A stretch of 64,000 bases of DNA from an uncultured Clostridia bacterium (GCA_944392485.1 CALXWO010000002.1:23133-87132), one strand, 5' to 3'; shown: positions 31,647-46,769, counted from the first letter of the stretch. Translations and numbers: made by a program. The notes: a model not told the origin generated them from the sequence alone.

Positions 31647-33033
31647 ATGGATAAATCAATGGATAAAATAGTGGCATTATGCAAAAATAGAGGGTTTATA
31701 TATCCAGGTTCAGAAATATATGGAGGACTTGCAAATTCTTGGGATTATGGACCAATAGGTTCAGAAATGAAAAAAAACATAAAAGACATGTGGTGGAAAA
31801 AATTTATACATGAATCAAAATATAATGTAGGTATAGATGCAGCAATAATAATGAACCCAGAAGTATGGGTAACAACAGGGCATGTTGGAGGATTTAGTGA
31901 TCCACTTATAGATTGTAAAGAATGTAAAACAAGACATAGAGCAGATAAATTAATAGAAGAATGGGCATTTAAAAACGGAAAAGAAATAAGCGGTTTAGAT
32001 GGTTGGACAAATGAACAATTAGTAAAATACATAGAAGATAATAAAATAGAATGTCCAGAATGTGGTAAATCTAATTTTACAGGAATAAGACAATTTAATT
32101 TAATGTTTAAAACATATATGGGAGTTACAGAAGATGCTAAATCAGAAGTATACTTAAGACCAGAAACAGCACAACGGAATGTTTGTAAACTTTAAAAATG
32201 TACAAAGAACAACAAGAAGAAAATTACCAATGGGAATAGGGCAAATGGGACGTTCTTTTAGAAACGAAATAACACCAGGAAACTTTATATTTAGAACAAG
32301 AGAATTTGAACAAATGGAATTAGAATTCTTCTGTAAGCCAGGAACAGATTTAGAATGGTATGAATACTGGAAAGAATTTTGTAAAAATTGGTTAATAGGT
32401 ATAGGAATAAAAGAAGAAAACTTAAGAATGAGGGAGCATTCTAAAGAAGAACTTTCTTTTTACAGTAAAGGAACAACAGATATAGAATACAAATTCCCTT
32501 TTGGATGGGGAGAATTATGGGGAATAGCAGATAGAACAGATTATGATTTATCAAGACATATGGAAGCCTCAAAAGTAGACCTTACATATTTAGATCCAGA
32601 AACGAACGAAAGATATGTTCCATACTGTGTAGAACCAGCAGTTGGTGTAGATAGAATATTTTTAACAGTATTGTGTGATGCATATGAAGAGGAAGAAATA
32701 GCAGAAGGAGATACAAGAACAGTACTTCATTTACATCCAAGCATTGCTCCATATAAAGCAGCTATACTTCCTTTATCAAAAAAATTAAGTGATAAAGCAA
32801 CAGAAATATATGATAAAATATCAAAAAAATATATGTGCGAATATGATGAAGCAGGAAGCATAGGAAAAAGATATAGAAGAGAAGACGAAATAGGAACACC
32901 TTTCTGTATAACAGTAGACTTTGAAACAGAAAACGACAATTCGGTAACAATAAGAGACAGAGATACAATGGAGCAAGTGAGAGTAAAAATAGATGAACTA
33001 GAAAATTGGTTAGATGAAAAGATAAACAACTAA
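31647..33033 (+). CDS. glyQS: Glycine--tRNA ligase (alpha2 type); one CGG +1 site
   Basis: RBS GAAGGAGG ahead of the ATG at 31647. Skipping the C of CGG at 32175-32177 gives ...[26 protein letters not shown]..., collinear with GlyRS. Confidence 0.8.
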
Positions 33034-33083
33034 TGAGAAAAAAAGGGGAACAATCCCCTTTTTTCTCAAAATAGGAGGAAAAC

Positions 33084-36000
33084 ATGCAGGCTAATTGGAC
33101 TAAAAATCAATTGCAAGCTATAAATAAAAAGGATAAGAATATATTAGTTGCGGCAGCAGCACGGAAGCGGAAAAACAACTGTACTTGTAGAAAGAATTGT
33201 AAATAAAATAATAAATGAAAATATAGATATTGATAAGCTTTTAATAGTTACATTTACAAATGCAGCTGCAGCCGAAATGAGAGAAAGAATTTTAGAAGCT
33301 ATATATAAAAAAATAGATGAAAATCCAGATAATAAGAATTTACAAAAGCAAATACTTTTGCTTAGCAAAGCAAATATTTCTACAATACATTCTTTTTGTT
33401 TAGATGTTATAAAAAATTATTTTTATGAAATTGGAATATCTTCTAATTTTAGAATTGGAGACACTTCAGAAATAGAGCTACTAAAACAAGAAACAATGGA
33501 AGATGTATTTGATGAATTATATGAGATACAAGACAAAGAATTTATAAGTTTGCTCAATGTTTATAGTGGTTATAGAGATGATCAAAATTTAAAAAATCTT
33601 ATTTTAAAAATATATAATTATTCGCAAAGCATGCCGTTCCCAGATGAGTGGATTAATGAAAAAGTAGAAGAATTTAATATAGAAAAAAAATTAAATTTAG
33701 ATTTTTCTAAAACAATATGGGGTAAAGTTTTATTAGAATATTTTATTCAAGAAACATCATCTTGTATAGAAGAATTACAAAAAATACAACAAAAATTGTC
33801 CGCAGATATAGAATTAAATAATTACTATGAAACTATAACAAAAGACATTGAAACTTTAAAAATGTTATTAAATAATAGTGAATGGGACTATATATATGGC
33901 AATTTAGTTAACTTAAAATTTGAAACATGGCCAAGAATTAAAAAAATAGATAACAATTTAAAAGATATTGCAAAAGAAATAAGAGACAATGTAAAAGATA
34001 GAATTAAGGCTTTAAGAGACAAGATATTTATATATTCATCAAGTGAAGCAAATGAAGATATATACAAAATGTATAAAATACTTAAATCACTTGAAAAAAT
34101 AATATTAAAATTTTCAGAAGAATATCAAAAAAATAAAAAGGAAAAAAACATTATAGACTTTAATGATATAGAACATTACGCACTTAAGATTTTAATAAAT
34201 AAAAATAATGATGGAAATTATGAGCCAACAAGGGTAGCAAATATTTACAAAGAAAAATTTGTAGAAATAGCCATTGATGAATACCAAGATAGTAATTTAG
34301 TTCAAGAGTATATATTAAATGCTGTATCTAAAGGTAATAACATATTTATGGTTGGAGATGTAAAACAAAGCATATACAAATTTAGAGGGGCAAGGCCAGA
34401 ACTGTTTTTAGAAAAATACAGCCAGTATATAGAAGATAATAACAAAGATAATTTATGCAAAAAAGATACAAAAATAAAATTATTTGAGAATTTTAGAAGC
34501 AAAAAAAATGTATTAGATATAACTAATATGATTTTTAAAAACATAATGTCTAAAGCATTAGGAGATATTGAATACAATGAAAAAGAATTTTTAAATTATG
34601 GTGCAAAATTTGAGAATTTAAGTGACGATATGTTAACTGTTGGAAAAGCAGAATTAGATATAATAGATTTAAAAGAAGATATAGGGGCAGATGCCCACGG
34701 CGACTTACAACAGCAAGAAACAGATGAGATTTTATTACAAAAGCAAGAAATAGAGGCAAAATTTGTAGCAAAAAAAATTAAAAAATTAATAGACAGCAAT
34801 TGCTATATTTTTGATAAAAAGAATGGTTTCAGAAAAATTACATATAAAGATATTGTAATACTATTAAGAACCACTGCAAATACTGCAAATATATATGAAA
34901 AAGAATTAAATGAATTAAATTTACCCGTATTTAGCGATAGCTCATCTAGCTACTTTGAAACAGAAGAAATACAAACTATTCTTGCTGTTTTAAAAATAAT
35001 TGACAATCCAAATTCAGATATTCCACTAGTTACTGTTATGAGGTCTCCAATAGGTAATTTTACAAACAATGAGCTTGTAGAAATAAGATTGCAATCTAAA
35101 AATACAACCTTTTATGAAGCTTTATGCGAAATTAAAAATAGTAACGATAAATCTAATCTAAAAAATAAAGTTACAGACTTTTTAAATATGTTAGAAACAT
35201 GGAAACAAAAACAGGAATTTTTAGCCTTAGATGAATTAATATGGCATATATACGAAAGTACAGACTATTATAATATTATAAATTCAAGCCCAAATGGAGA
35301 TTTAAAAACTGCAAATTTAAAATTGTTGTTTGAAAAGGCTAAAGATTATGAAAAAGCAAGTTTTAAGGGATTATATAACTTTATAAATTATATAGACAAA
35401 ATAAGCAAATCTACAGGAGATGGGCTTTCTGCAAAATTAATTGGAGAAAATGAAAATGTTATTAGAATTATGAGTATTCATAAAAGCAAAGGGTTAGAAT
35501 TTCCAGTTGTATTTTTATGTGATACAGGAAAACATTTTAATATTCAAGATTTAAATGAAAACATCCTACTACACCAAGACATGGGTTTTGGTCCAAAATT
35601 TATAGATTATGATAGAAAAATAGAGTATAACACTTTAGCAAAAGAAGCAATTAAAATAAAAAGTTTAAATGAAATATTATCAGAAGAAATGAGACTGTTA
35701 TATGTTGCATTAACTCGTGCTAAAGAAAAAATAATAATAACAGGTTGTGATAAAGATTTAAATAAATCTTTGTTAGAAAAAGAGAACAAATTAGAAAACT
35801 TATCTAGCAAAAAAATAAATATTTCGAATATTAGAAATGCTAAATCTTATTTAGATTGGATTGAAATGGTATATGTAAAAAATAAAAAAAGCTTAGAACC
35901 TATTTTAGATATAAATAAAGTAGATAAAAAAGTAGAAGAAGCACCAAAAAGAGCAGAACAAAAAAAAGAAATAAATAATTTAAAAACATTAGAAAAAAAA

Positions 36001-36681
36001 GAAATAAGCAGTAAAATAGATAAGTTACTAAATTGGAAATATAAATATTTGGAAAGTACAAATATAGAAGGAAAATCATCTGTAACAGATATAGCAAAAG
36101 GAAAGAAAAAAGATGTTTTAGAAATAACAACAAAACCTAAATTTATAGAAGAAAATATAGTTTTAAATAGAGCAGAAATAGGAACTATAATGCATTTAAT
36201 TTTACAAAAATTAGATTTTAGTATGAATTATGGTATTAAAGAGTTAGAAGAACTTATACAAAAACTTATATCTCTAGAAATAATTACAGAAAATCAATCA
36301 AAATACATAAATAAAGAAAAAATATTAAAGTTTACTAAATCAGATTTATATTTAGATTTAAAAGAAGCAAAAGAAATACAAAAAGAAAAGCCTTTTTATA
36401 TTTATATTTCTTCAAATGAAATATATCATAATGGAACAGATGAAAAAATATTAGTTCAAGGAATAATAGATTTATACTTTGTTGACAAAGAAGGAAAATT
36501 AATACTTGTAGATTATAAAACAGACTATGTAGCAAATAATGATGAACAAGAATTAATAAATAAATATAAAGGACAACTTGCTATTTATAAAAGGGCATTA
36601 GAAAAGGCATTAAATAGAAAAGTAGAAGCGGTATATATTTATTCAATATATCTGGATAAAAAAATAGAATGCGTAGTATAA
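33084..36681 (+). CDS. addA: ATP-dependent helicase/nuclease subunit A (AddA/RexA); one CGG +1 site inside Walker A
   Basis: ATG 33084 with RBS AGGAGG. Skipping the C of CGG at 33162-33164 restores the Walker A ILVAAAAGSGKTTVLVERI; UvrD helicase motifs and a C-terminal nuclease domain follow. Confidence 0.8.
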
Positions 36682-36753
36682 AATGCATCTTGCTTGCACA
36701 TTAACATAATTTATGATAAAATATTAAAGGAATTGTGTATAAGGAGAAATTAA

Positions 36754-37281
36754 ATGGAAACACTAAAAAAGTTCTGGATATATTTTTTAATATTTATAGT
36801 TGGCTTTGGATTAATAAGCTTATTAACAAGCTTAATTATGAAAGAGCATTATAGAGATATAACCAATTACGAAATTTTAACAAAATCACCTATTATATTA
36901 GTAAGTGAATGTAAAGCATCAAATACAGGTGGATATATTAAGGGAAGTGTAACAAATAACGTTGGTGAATATTTAGAACTTAAATACTTAAAAATAGATG
37001 TATATAACAAAAATGATGTTTATTTGGGAAGCGAATATAAAGAATTAAAATATTTTAATGTAGATGAAACCATAAATTATGAAATTAATTTTAATTATAA
37101 AGATGTAAACAAAGTTAAATTGCAAATAATTGATGAAATTCCTAAAAACAATGATAACACAAAAGAAAGTGAGACTACTGTAGGCGGAGTTGAAGTTGAA
37201 CCAATAGTAGACGAATATACAATGAAAATAGCTGTTCCAATTGCAGGCATTTTAATTCTTTATACTATTTTGCCTGTATAA
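36754..37281 (+). CDS. Hypothetical membrane-anchored protein
   Basis: N-terminal and C-terminal TM helices. Confidence 0.4.
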   Translation: METLKKFWIYFLIFIVGFGLISLLTSLIMKEHYRDITNYEILTKSPIILVSECKASNTGGYIKGSVTNNVGEYLELKYLKIDVYNKNDVYLGSEYKELKYFNVDETINYEINFNYKDVNKVKLQIIDEIPKNNDNTKESETTVGGVEVEPIVDEYTMKIAVPIAGILILYTILPV

Positions 37282-37433
37282 TAATAAAAATATTTATGAA
37301 ATAAAAATAGCAAATTGTTTTAAAAAAATTCCAAAAAACATTTGCTATTTTTTGCGTTTTGTAATATAATTGCAACACAAATGTAATATTTGTGTAATCA
37401 ATATTTAATCCATACAGAAAGGAAAGATGGTAA

Positions 37434-38448
37434 ATGTTTGGATTTGTACGGTTTTGGACAAGATATAGGAATAGATTTAGGAACTGCAACAGTAATTGCA
37501 TATGTTAAAGGAAAAGGAATAGTTTTAAGAGAACCTTCTGTTGTAGCAGTAAATAACATTACAAATGAAGTATTAGCTGTAGGGGGAGAAGCAAGAAGAA
37601 TGCTTGGAAGAACACCAGGAAATATTGTTGCTACAAGACCTTTAAAAGATGGAGTAATTTCTGATTATACAGTTACAGAAAAAATGCTTAAGCATTTTAT
37701 AAATAAAATATGCGGAAAATTTATATTTGCTCCAAGAATTATGATTTGTATACCATCACAAGTAACAGAAGTAGAAAAAAAAGCGGTAATAGATGCAGCA
37801 TCTCAAGCAGGAGCAAGAAGAGTATATTTAATTGAAGAACCAATAGCTGCAGCAATAGGAGCTGGAATAGATATATCTAAAGCATGTGGGAATATGGTAG
37901 TAGATATAGGAGGAGGAACAACAGACGTAGCAGTTATTTCTCTTGGAGGTTCTGTTGTTAGCACATCTATAAAAGTAGCAGGAGATAAATTTGACGAAGC
38001 AATAGTTAAATATATTAAGAAAAAACATAATGTTATGATTGGAGAAAGAACAGCAGAGGATTTAAAAATTAATATAGGATGTGTATATCCAAAAATACAA
38101 GATATAGATATGGATATTAGAGGAAGAGACTTAGTAACAGGACTTCCTAAAAGTATAACTATAAAATCAAGTGAAATGATGGAAGCATTGTTGGAACCAG
38201 CAATGCAAATTATTGAAGCAGTACATTCAACACTTGAAAAAACACCACCTGAACTTGCAGCAGATATAAGCGATAGAGGTATATACATGACAGGTGGAGG
38301 ATGTTTAGTAGACGGATTAGATAAACTTTTGCAAGAACAAACAGGAATAAATGTAATGATTGCAGAAGATGCAATTAGTTGTGTGGCATTAGGAACAGGA
38401 AAAGCATTGGACAACCTAGATACATTAGATGGAAAGGTAAGAAGATGA
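37434..38448 (+). CDS. mreB: Rod shape-determining protein MreB; CGG +1 site at codon 6
   Basis: RBS AGGAAAG 7 nt ahead of the ATG at 37434. Skipping the C of CGG at 37449-37451 gives the canonical MFGFV-GFGQDIGIDLGTA start. Confidence 0.8.
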
Positions 38449-39776
38449 AAAAAGTAGCATTTTATACATTAGGTTGTAAAGTAAATCAATACGAAACTAA
38501 TGCTATGATAGAAAAATTTATAGAAGCAAAATATGAGGTAGTTGATTTTAATAGCATAGCAGATATATATATAGTAAATACATGCACAGTTACAAATATG
38601 TCTGATAGAAAATCTAGGCAAATTATAAGAAGAGTAAAACAAATAAATCCTAATTCGATACTTGTTGTAACTGGATGTTATGCACAAGTAGCTAGTAAAG
38701 AATTAGAAAAAATACAAGAAATAGATTTAATAGTTGGAAATACAGAAAAGAAAGACATTGTAAATATAGTAGAAAAATATTTTGACAATATAAAATCTAA
38801 AAATAGCAATGAAGAGACGACCGTTGGTCGTCTGCTAAACATTACAGACATAAATAAACAAGAAGAATATGTAGAATTTGGTCCTACTATATATACAGAA
38901 AAAACAAGAGCAGTAATAAAGGTACAAGATGGTTGTAATAATTTCTGCTCTTATTGTATTATTCCATATGCAAAAGGAAGAGTAAGAAGTAGAAAGCTAG
39001 AAAACATAATAAATGAAGTAAAAGAGATTGCAAAACAAGGTATAAAAGAAATTATAATTACAGGAATACAAATTGCTTCTTATGGATTAGATTTTAAAGA
39101 TAGCAATATAAGGCTTATAGATTTACTTGAAAATGTAAACAAAATAGAAGGAATAAAAAGAATTAGAATAGGTTCTTTAGAACCAAATATTATAACAGAT
39201 GAGTTTGTAAACAGATTAAAAAAAGTAAATAAAATATGTAATCATTTTCATTTATCGCTCCAAAGTGGTTGTAATGAAACTCTAAAAAGAATGAACAGAA
39301 AATATACTACAGAAGATTTTGAAAAGGTTGTAAAAAGATTAAGAAATGCTTTTCCAGATGTAGCTCTTACAACAGACATAATAGTAGGATTTCCAGGAGA
39401 GACAGACACAGAATTTAATATTACATATAATTTTTTAAAGAAAATTAATTTCTATAAAATGCATGTATTTAAATATTCCCAAAGAAAAGGAACAAGGGCA
39501 GCTGTAATGCCAAATCAAGTTAGTTCAAAAATAAAGGAAGAAAGAAGCCATAAACTAATTGAACTTTCTAATGAGAATGAAGAGAAATTTTTGCAAAAAT
39601 ACATAGGAAAAAATATAGAAGTATTATTCGAGCAAAAAGAAAACAATTATACAAAAGGGCATACCACAAATTATTTAGTGATAAAAGCAAAAGGAAACAA
39701 TTTAGAAAATAAAATAATGCAAACAAAAATAATATGTAAGGAAAATTTAGAACTTATAGGAGAAGTTGAATTGTAA
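38445..39776 (+). CDS. MiaB/RimO-family radical SAM tRNA methylthiotransferase (MtaB-like)
   Basis: MTTase N-terminal domain and radical SAM CNNFCSYC motif; the start ATG overlaps the mreB stop (ATGA). Confidence 0.75.
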   Translation: MKKVAFYTLGCKVNQYETNAMIEKFIEAKYEVVDFNSIADIYIVNTCTVTNMSDRKSRQIIRRVKQINPNSILVVTGCYAQVASKELEKIQEIDLIVGNTEKKDIVNIVEKYFDNIKSKNSNEETTVGRLLNITDINKQEEYVEFGPTIYTEKTRAVIKVQDGCNNFCSYCIIPYAKGRVRSRKLENIINEVKEIAKQGIKEIIITGIQIASYGLDFKDSNIRLIDLLENVNKIEGIKRIRIGSLEPNIITDEFVNRLKKVNKICNHFHLSLQSGCNETLKRMNRKYTTEDFEKVVKRLRNAFPDVALTTDIIVGFPGETDTEFNITYNFLKKINFYKMHVFKYSQRKGTRAAVMPNQVSSKIKEERSHKLIELSNENEEKFLQKYIGKNIEVLFEQKENNYTKGHTTNYLVIKAKGNNLENKIMQTKIICKENLELIGEVEL

Positions 39777-39930
39777 TACAATTGAAACAAAAATGTAATA
39801 TAAAAATATACAAAAAGTATTGCTAAAAATACAAATTTGTAGTATAAAATTTATATAAAAGTGTAATAGTAAATTATAAATAATGTTATCTTTACAAAAG
39901 AAAAAGATAAAAATCAAGGGAGGATACAAA

Positions 39931-40308
39931 ATGTCAGAAAATTTAAACAATGAAGTAGCAGGATCAGTAGAAAATGATTCAGTAAAGGAAATAGCAGATG
40001 CATTAAAGAAAATATCAGTAGATTCAAAAGAAAATGAAGAACAATTCCAAAATGTTCAAGAATCTGAAGAAAATAACCAATCACCAGAATTTAAAGTAGC
40101 AAGTACAAACTTACCAGAAAAAACAGGATTTTGGACAAAAGTTAAAAATGCTTTATTCTATGAAATAAAAGTTGAATTAACACCATATCAACAAAAAATA
40201 GAAGATGAAATTAATGATTTTTTACATCAAGAAGTTACATGGAAATCTTTTAAAAGTTTTCTATTAAAAGAAGTTCCAATCACATATAAAGGTAAAAGAG
40301 TATTTTAA
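39931..40308 (+). CDS. Hypothetical acidic protein
   Basis: RBS AAGGGAGG upstream of the ATG at 39931; hairpin terminator downstream. Confidence 0.4.
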   Translation: MSENLNNEVAGSVENDSVKEIADALKKISVDSKENEEQFQNVQESEENNQSPEFKVASTNLPEKTGFWTKVKNALFYEIKVELTPYQQKIEDEINDFLHQEVTWKSFKSFLLKEVPITYKGKRVF

Positions 40309-40426
40309 TTAAAATATAAAAAGAACACTTGAATTGTGTTCTTTTTTGTTATAGAATACATTTTGTTGAGAATAATATAAATATAAATGTATAGATGCAT
40401 ATAGCATCAGAAAGAGAGGAATTTTT

Positions 40427-41443
40427 ATGTCAGTTAAAGTAGCAATTAATGGATTTGGACGTATAGGACGTCTAGCATTTAGACAAATGTTTGGAGCAGA
40501 GGGGTATGAAATCGTTGCAATAAACGATTTAACAAGTCCAAAAATGCTTGCACATTTATTAAAATATGATTCTGCACAAAAAAGATATGAAAAAGCAGAT
40601 ACAGTAGTAGCAGGAGAAGATTCAATTACAGTAGATGGAAAAACAATAAAAATATATGCAGAAAAAGACGCAGAAAACTTACCTTGGGGAAAATTAGATG
40701 TAGATGTTGTATTAGAATGTACAGGATTTTATACAAAGAAAGAAAAAGCAGAAGCTCATATAAAAGCAGGAGCAAAAAAAGTTGTAATTTCTGCACCAGC
40801 AGGAAATGATTTGCCAACAGTTGTTTTTGGAGTAAATGAAAATATTTTAACACCAGAAGATAAAATTATATCAGCAGCATCATGTACTACAAACTGTTTA
40901 GCACCAATGGCTAAAGCATTAAACGATTATGCAGAAATACAATCAGGAATAATGACAACAGTTCATGCATATACAGGAGACCAAATGTTACTAGATGGTC
41001 CACATAGAAAAGCAGATTTAAGGAGAGCAAGAGCAGCAGCAGTAAATATTGTACCTAATTCAACAGGCGCTGCAAAAGCAATTGGGCTTGTTATTCCAGA
41101 ATTAAATGGAAAACTAATAGGATCTGCTCAAAGAGTTCCAGTTCCTACAGGATCAACAACAATTCTTATCGCTGTAGTTAAAGGAGAAGATATTACACCA
41201 GAAAAAATAAACGAAGCAATGAAAAGTAAGGCAAGTGAATCTTTTGGTTATACAGAAGAGTTATTAGTATCTTCTGATATTATAGGAATAACATATGGTT
41301 CTTTATTTGACGCAACACAAACAATGTGCACAAAAATACAAGATGGATTATATGAAGTTCAAGTAGTTGCTTGGTATGATAACGAAAATTCATACACAAG
41401 CCAAATGGTAAGAACAATAAAATATTTTGCAGAATTAGGTTAA
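40427..41443 (+). CDS. gap: Glyceraldehyde-3-phosphate dehydrogenase
   Basis: NGFGRIGR and [10 protein letters not shown] motifs. Confidence 0.95.
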   Translation: MSVKVAINGFGRIGRLAFRQMFGAEGYEIVAINDLTSPKMLAHLLKYDSAQKRYEKADTVVAGEDSITVDGKTIKIYAEKDAENLPWGKLDVDVVLECTGFYTKKEKAEAHIKAGAKKVVISAPAGNDLPTVVFGVNENILTPEDKIISAASCTTNCLAPMAKALNDYAEIQSGIMTTVHAYTGDQMLLDGPHRKADLRRARAAAVNIVPNSTGAAKAIGLVIPELNGKLIGSAQRVPVPTGSTTILIAVVKGEDITPEKINEAMKSKASESFGYTEELLVSSDIIGITYGSLFDATQTMCTKIQDGLYEVQVVAWYDNENSYTSQMVRTIKYFAELG

Positions 41444-41464
41444 TTGAATATAAGGACGAATGAA

Positions 41465-41521
41465 TGTAGGGGCGAACTGCGTTCGCCCGAAATAAATGGG
41501 CGAACGCAGTTCGCCCCTACA
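41465..41521. repeat. REP-like palindrome family B (inverted pair)
   Basis: TGTAGGGGCGAACTGCGTTCGCCC...GGGCGAACGCAGTTCGCCCCTACA; GC-rich palindrome in an AT-rich intergenic region between gap and pgk. Confidence 0.8.
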
Positions 41522-41541
41522 ATTGAAAGGATGAAATTTTT

Positions 41542-42729
41542 ATGAATAAAAAAACAGTAAAGGATATTGATGTAACAGGAAAAAAAGTTTTAGTTAGATG
41601 TGATTTTAATGTGCCACAAGATAAAGAAACAGGAGAAATTACAGATAATAGAAGAATAAAAGCAGCACTTCCTACAATACAATATTTATTAGACAACAAC
41701 GCTAAAGTAATACTTTGTTCACATTTGGGAAGACCAAAAGGAGAAGTAAATCCTAAATACTCTTTAAAACCAGTAGCAGAAGAATTATCTAAATTACTAG
41801 GTAAAGAAGTTAAACTTGCAAAAGATGTTGTAGGAGAAGACGCAAAAAGGCTTACAGAAAATATGAAAGAAGGAGAAATTGTTCTCTTAGAAAATGTAAG
41901 ATTTCATAAAGAAGAAGAACAAAATGATCCAGAATTTTCAAAAGAGTTGGCAAGTCTTGCTGAAATTTACGTTAATGATGCTTTCGGAACAGCACATAGA
42001 GCACATAGTTCAACAGCAGGAGTAGCAAATTACTTACCAGCAGTCTCAGGATTTTTAATAGAAAAAGAATTAGAATTCTTAGGAGGAGCTTTAGAAAATC
42101 CAAAAAGACCATTTGTTGCAATACTTGGAGGAGCAAAAGTTTCTGATAAAATAGGAGTAATAGAAAACTTATTAGATAAAGTTGATACTTTAATAATAGG
42201 CGGTGGAATGGCATATACATTTTTTAAAGCACAAGGATTTAACATTGGAACATCAATATGCGAGGAAGATAAATTAGATTTAGCAAGAGAAATCCTAGAA
42301 AAAGCAAAGAAGAAAAATGTTGATTTGCTATTGCCAGTAGATAATAAAGTAGCAAAAGAGTTTTCAGCAGACAGCAAATATATAGAAGTTCCATCAAACG
42401 AAATACCAGATGGATACATGGGACTTGATATTGGAACTAAAACTATTGAAAAGTATAAAGAAGTATTAAAAAATGCAAAAACTATAGTATGGAATGGACC
42501 ACTTGGAGTATTTGAATTTGAAAAATTTGCATATGGTACAAACGAAATTGCAAAGATATTAGCAAATTTGGATGCAACAACAATAATTGGTGGAGGAGAT
42601 TCAGCAGCTGCAATAGAAAAACAAGGACTTGCAGATAAAATGACACACATTTCAACAGGTGGAGGAGCATCATTAGAATTTTTAGAGGGTAAAGAACTTC
42701 CAGGAATTTCATGCCTACAAAACAAATGA
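41542..42729 (+). CDS. pgk: Phosphoglycerate kinase
   Basis: Full-length PGK-like sequence; gap-pgk-tpiA-gpmI-eno order. Confidence 0.95.
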   Translation: MNKKTVKDIDVTGKKVLVRCDFNVPQDKETGEITDNRRIKAALPTIQYLLDNNAKVILCSHLGRPKGEVNPKYSLKPVAEELSKLLGKEVKLAKDVVGEDAKRLTENMKEGEIVLLENVRFHKEEEQNDPEFSKELASLAEIYVNDAFGTAHRAHSSTAGVANYLPAVSGFLIEKELEFLGGALENPKRPFVAILGGAKVSDKIGVIENLLDKVDTLIIGGGMAYTFFKAQGFNIGTSICEEDKLDLAREILEKAKKKNVDLLLPVDNKVAKEFSADSKYIEVPSNEIPDGYMGLDIGTKTIEKYKEVLKNAKTIVWNGPLGVFEFEKFAYGTNEIAKILANLDATTIIGGGDSAAAIEKQGLADKMTHISTGGGASLEFLEGKELPGISCLQNK

Positions 42730-42742
42730 AAGGAGAATATTT

Positions 42743-43495
42743 ATGAGAAAGAAAGTTATTGCAGGAAATTGGAAGATGAATAAGCTTCCTAATGAAGCTA
42801 TGGAATTTATAGCAGAACTTACACCACTTGTTAAAGATACAGAAAATGAAGTAGTAATATGTGTTCCATATACAGATTTGTTTTATAGCTTAATGCACGC
42901 ACAAGGAACAAATATAAAAATAGGTGCACAAAATATGCACTATGAAGAAAAAGGAGCATTTACAGGAGAAGTATCTGGAGAAATGCTAAAATCAATTGGA
43001 GTAGAATATGTAATAATTGGACACTCGGAAAGAAGAGCATACTATGGAGAAACAGACGAAACAGTTAATAAAAAATTAAAAAAAGCTTTAGCATTAGAGT
43101 TAAAACCAATAGTTTGTGTTGGTGAAAGCTTAGAAGAAAGAGAATCTGGAAAGGCAAAAGAAATTGTTACAACACAAACAAAACTTGCATTAGAAGGATT
43201 AAATAATAATGAAGTAGAAAAAACAATAATAGCATATGAACCAATTTGGGCAATTGGTACTGGAAAAACTGCAACAAAAGAAGATGCCAATGAAACAATT
43301 AAGTGGATTAGAGAAGAAATTGAAAAAATATATGGAAAAGAAGTAGCAGATAGTGTTATAATACAATATGGTGGTAGTGTAAAATCTGGAAACGCAAAGG
43401 ATTTATTTGAAATGTCAGACATAGACGGAGGACTAGTAGGAGGAGCAAGTTTGGATAGCACAGAATTTGCAAAAATCGTAAACTATAATAACTAG
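42743..43495 (+). CDS. tpiA: Triosephosphate isomerase
   Basis: AYEPIWAIGTG and GGS...GGASL motifs. Confidence 0.95.
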   Translation: MRKKVIAGNWKMNKLPNEAMEFIAELTPLVKDTENEVVICVPYTDLFYSLMHAQGTNIKIGAQNMHYEEKGAFTGEVSGEMLKSIGVEYVIIGHSERRAYYGETDETVNKKLKKALALELKPIVCVGESLEERESGKAKEIVTTQTKLALEGLNNNEVEKTIIAYEPIWAIGTGKTATKEDANETIKWIREEIEKIYGKEVADSVIIQYGGSVKSGNAKDLFEMSDIDGGLVGGASLDSTEFAKIVNYNN

Positions 43496-43622
43496 TAGAA
43501 CAACATTAAAACTGACATTACTAGAAAATAACGGGGGATATAGCTCCTCGTTCGAAGGCTTTCTTCGAAGATAAGCTTTGTCCCCATACATTAATTAAAG
43601 GAAGATGAGGAAAGATATAACT

Positions 43623-45156
43623 ATGGATAAAAAATTAACAATGCTTATGATATTAGATGGATATGGAATAAACGAAAGAAAAGAAGGAAACGCAGTAAAA
43701 CTTGCAAAAACACCTGTATTAGATAAACTAATGAAACAAAATCCAACAACAATTATTAAAACAAGTGGATTAGATGTTGGTCTTCCTGAACGGACAAATG
43801 GGAAATTCTGAAGTTGGACATACAAATATAGGTGCAGGAAGAATAGTATACCAAGAATTAACAAGAATAACTAAATCAATAGAAGAAGGAGATTTTTTTA
43901 GTAATCCAGAGTTAGTAGGTGCAATAGAAAACTGTAAGAAAAATCATTCTAAATTACATATAATGGGACTTTTATCAGATGGCGGAGTACATAGCCATAT
44001 ACGTCATTTATATGCTCTATTAGAACTTGCAAAGAGAAAAGATTTTGAAGATGTATATGTTCATTGCTTTTTAGATGGTAGGGATACACCACCAGCATCT
44101 GCAGAGGGATATATAGTAGATTTAGAAAAGAAAATGGAAGAAAAAGGCGTAGGAAGAATTGCAAGTATTACCGGAAGATTTTATGCAATGGATAGAGATA
44201 AACGTTGGCAAAGAATTGAAAGAGCATACAATGCTTTAGTGCATGGAGAAGGAGAAAAAGAAACATCAGCAACAATTGCAATAGAAAAATCATATCAAAA
44301 AGAAGTTTTTGATGAATTTGTGGAACCTACAGTAATTTGTAACAACAGCAATGAAGCAATTGCAACAATTTCAAAAAACGATTCTGTAATATTTTTTAAT
44401 TTTAGACCAGATAGAGCAAGAGAAATTACAAGAACATTAGTAGATAAAGATTTTAAAGAATTCCAAAGAGAATATTTCCCATTGTACTATGTATGTTTTA
44501 CAAATTATGACGAAACAATAAAAAATGTTCATATAGCATTTAAGAAAGAAGAAATAAAAAATACATTTGGAGAAATTATAAGCAAAAAAGGAATGACACA
44601 ACTTAGAATTGCAGAAACAGAAAAATATGCACACGTTACATTTTTCTTTAATGGTGGAGAAGAAAAACAATACCCAGGAGAGGATAGAATTTTAATTCCT
44701 TCACCTAAAGTAGAAACATACGATATGAAACCAGAAATGAGTGCAATAGAAGTAACAGATAAAGTAGTAGAGGCAATAAATTCTAAAAAATACGATACTA
44801 TTATTTTAAATTATGCAAATCCAGATATGGTAGGGCATACAGGTAGCCTAGAAGCTGCAATAAAAGCATTAGAAACAATAGATAAATGTGTAGGAAGAGT
44901 AGTAGAAGCAGTAGAAAAGAATGAAGGAGTGCTTTTAATTACAGCAGACCACGGTAATTCAGAGCAAATGATAGACTATGCAACAGGAGAACCACATACA
45001 GCACATACAACAAATCCAGTACCTTTAATACTAATTGGAAAAGATGCAAAATTAAAAGAAGGAAGACTTGCCGACCTTACACCAACAATGCTTGATATTA
45101 TGGGAATAAAAAAGCCAGAAGAAATGACAGGTGAGAGTTTAATAGAAAAGGAGTAA
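43623..45156 (+). CDS. gpmI: 2,3-bisphosphoglycerate-independent phosphoglycerate mutase; one CGG +1 site
   Basis: ATG 43623 with RBS GAGGAAAG. Skipping the C of CGG at 43791-43793 gives ...[25 protein letters not shown]..., the iPGM metal-site motif. Confidence 0.8.
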
Positions 45157-45227
45157 AAGAATATTGGATTATAGAACCAAATGATAGAAAAGTATTTACA
45201 TTTGTACATAACAGCGAAGGTGGATAA

Positions 45228-46634
<1,407 letters not shown>

Positions 46635-46658
46635 AATATTTTTATAATATATGATGAA

Positions 46659-46745
46659 TGTAGGGGCGGAATTCATTTCCGCCCTTTTTTCATCTAATTA
46701 ATGCAACCTGTAGGGGCGAACTGTGTTCGCCTGTTCGTTGAAGAA
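46659..46745. repeat. REP-like palindrome family B (two tandem copies)
   Basis: TGTAGGGGCGGAATTCATTTCCGCCC and TGTAGGGGCGAACTGTGTTCGCC, followed by TTCGTTGAAGAAAATTCTAAAACAAAA as in the 56733 copy. Confidence 0.75.
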
Positions 46746-46769
46746 AATTCTAAAACAAAAATTGAAATT

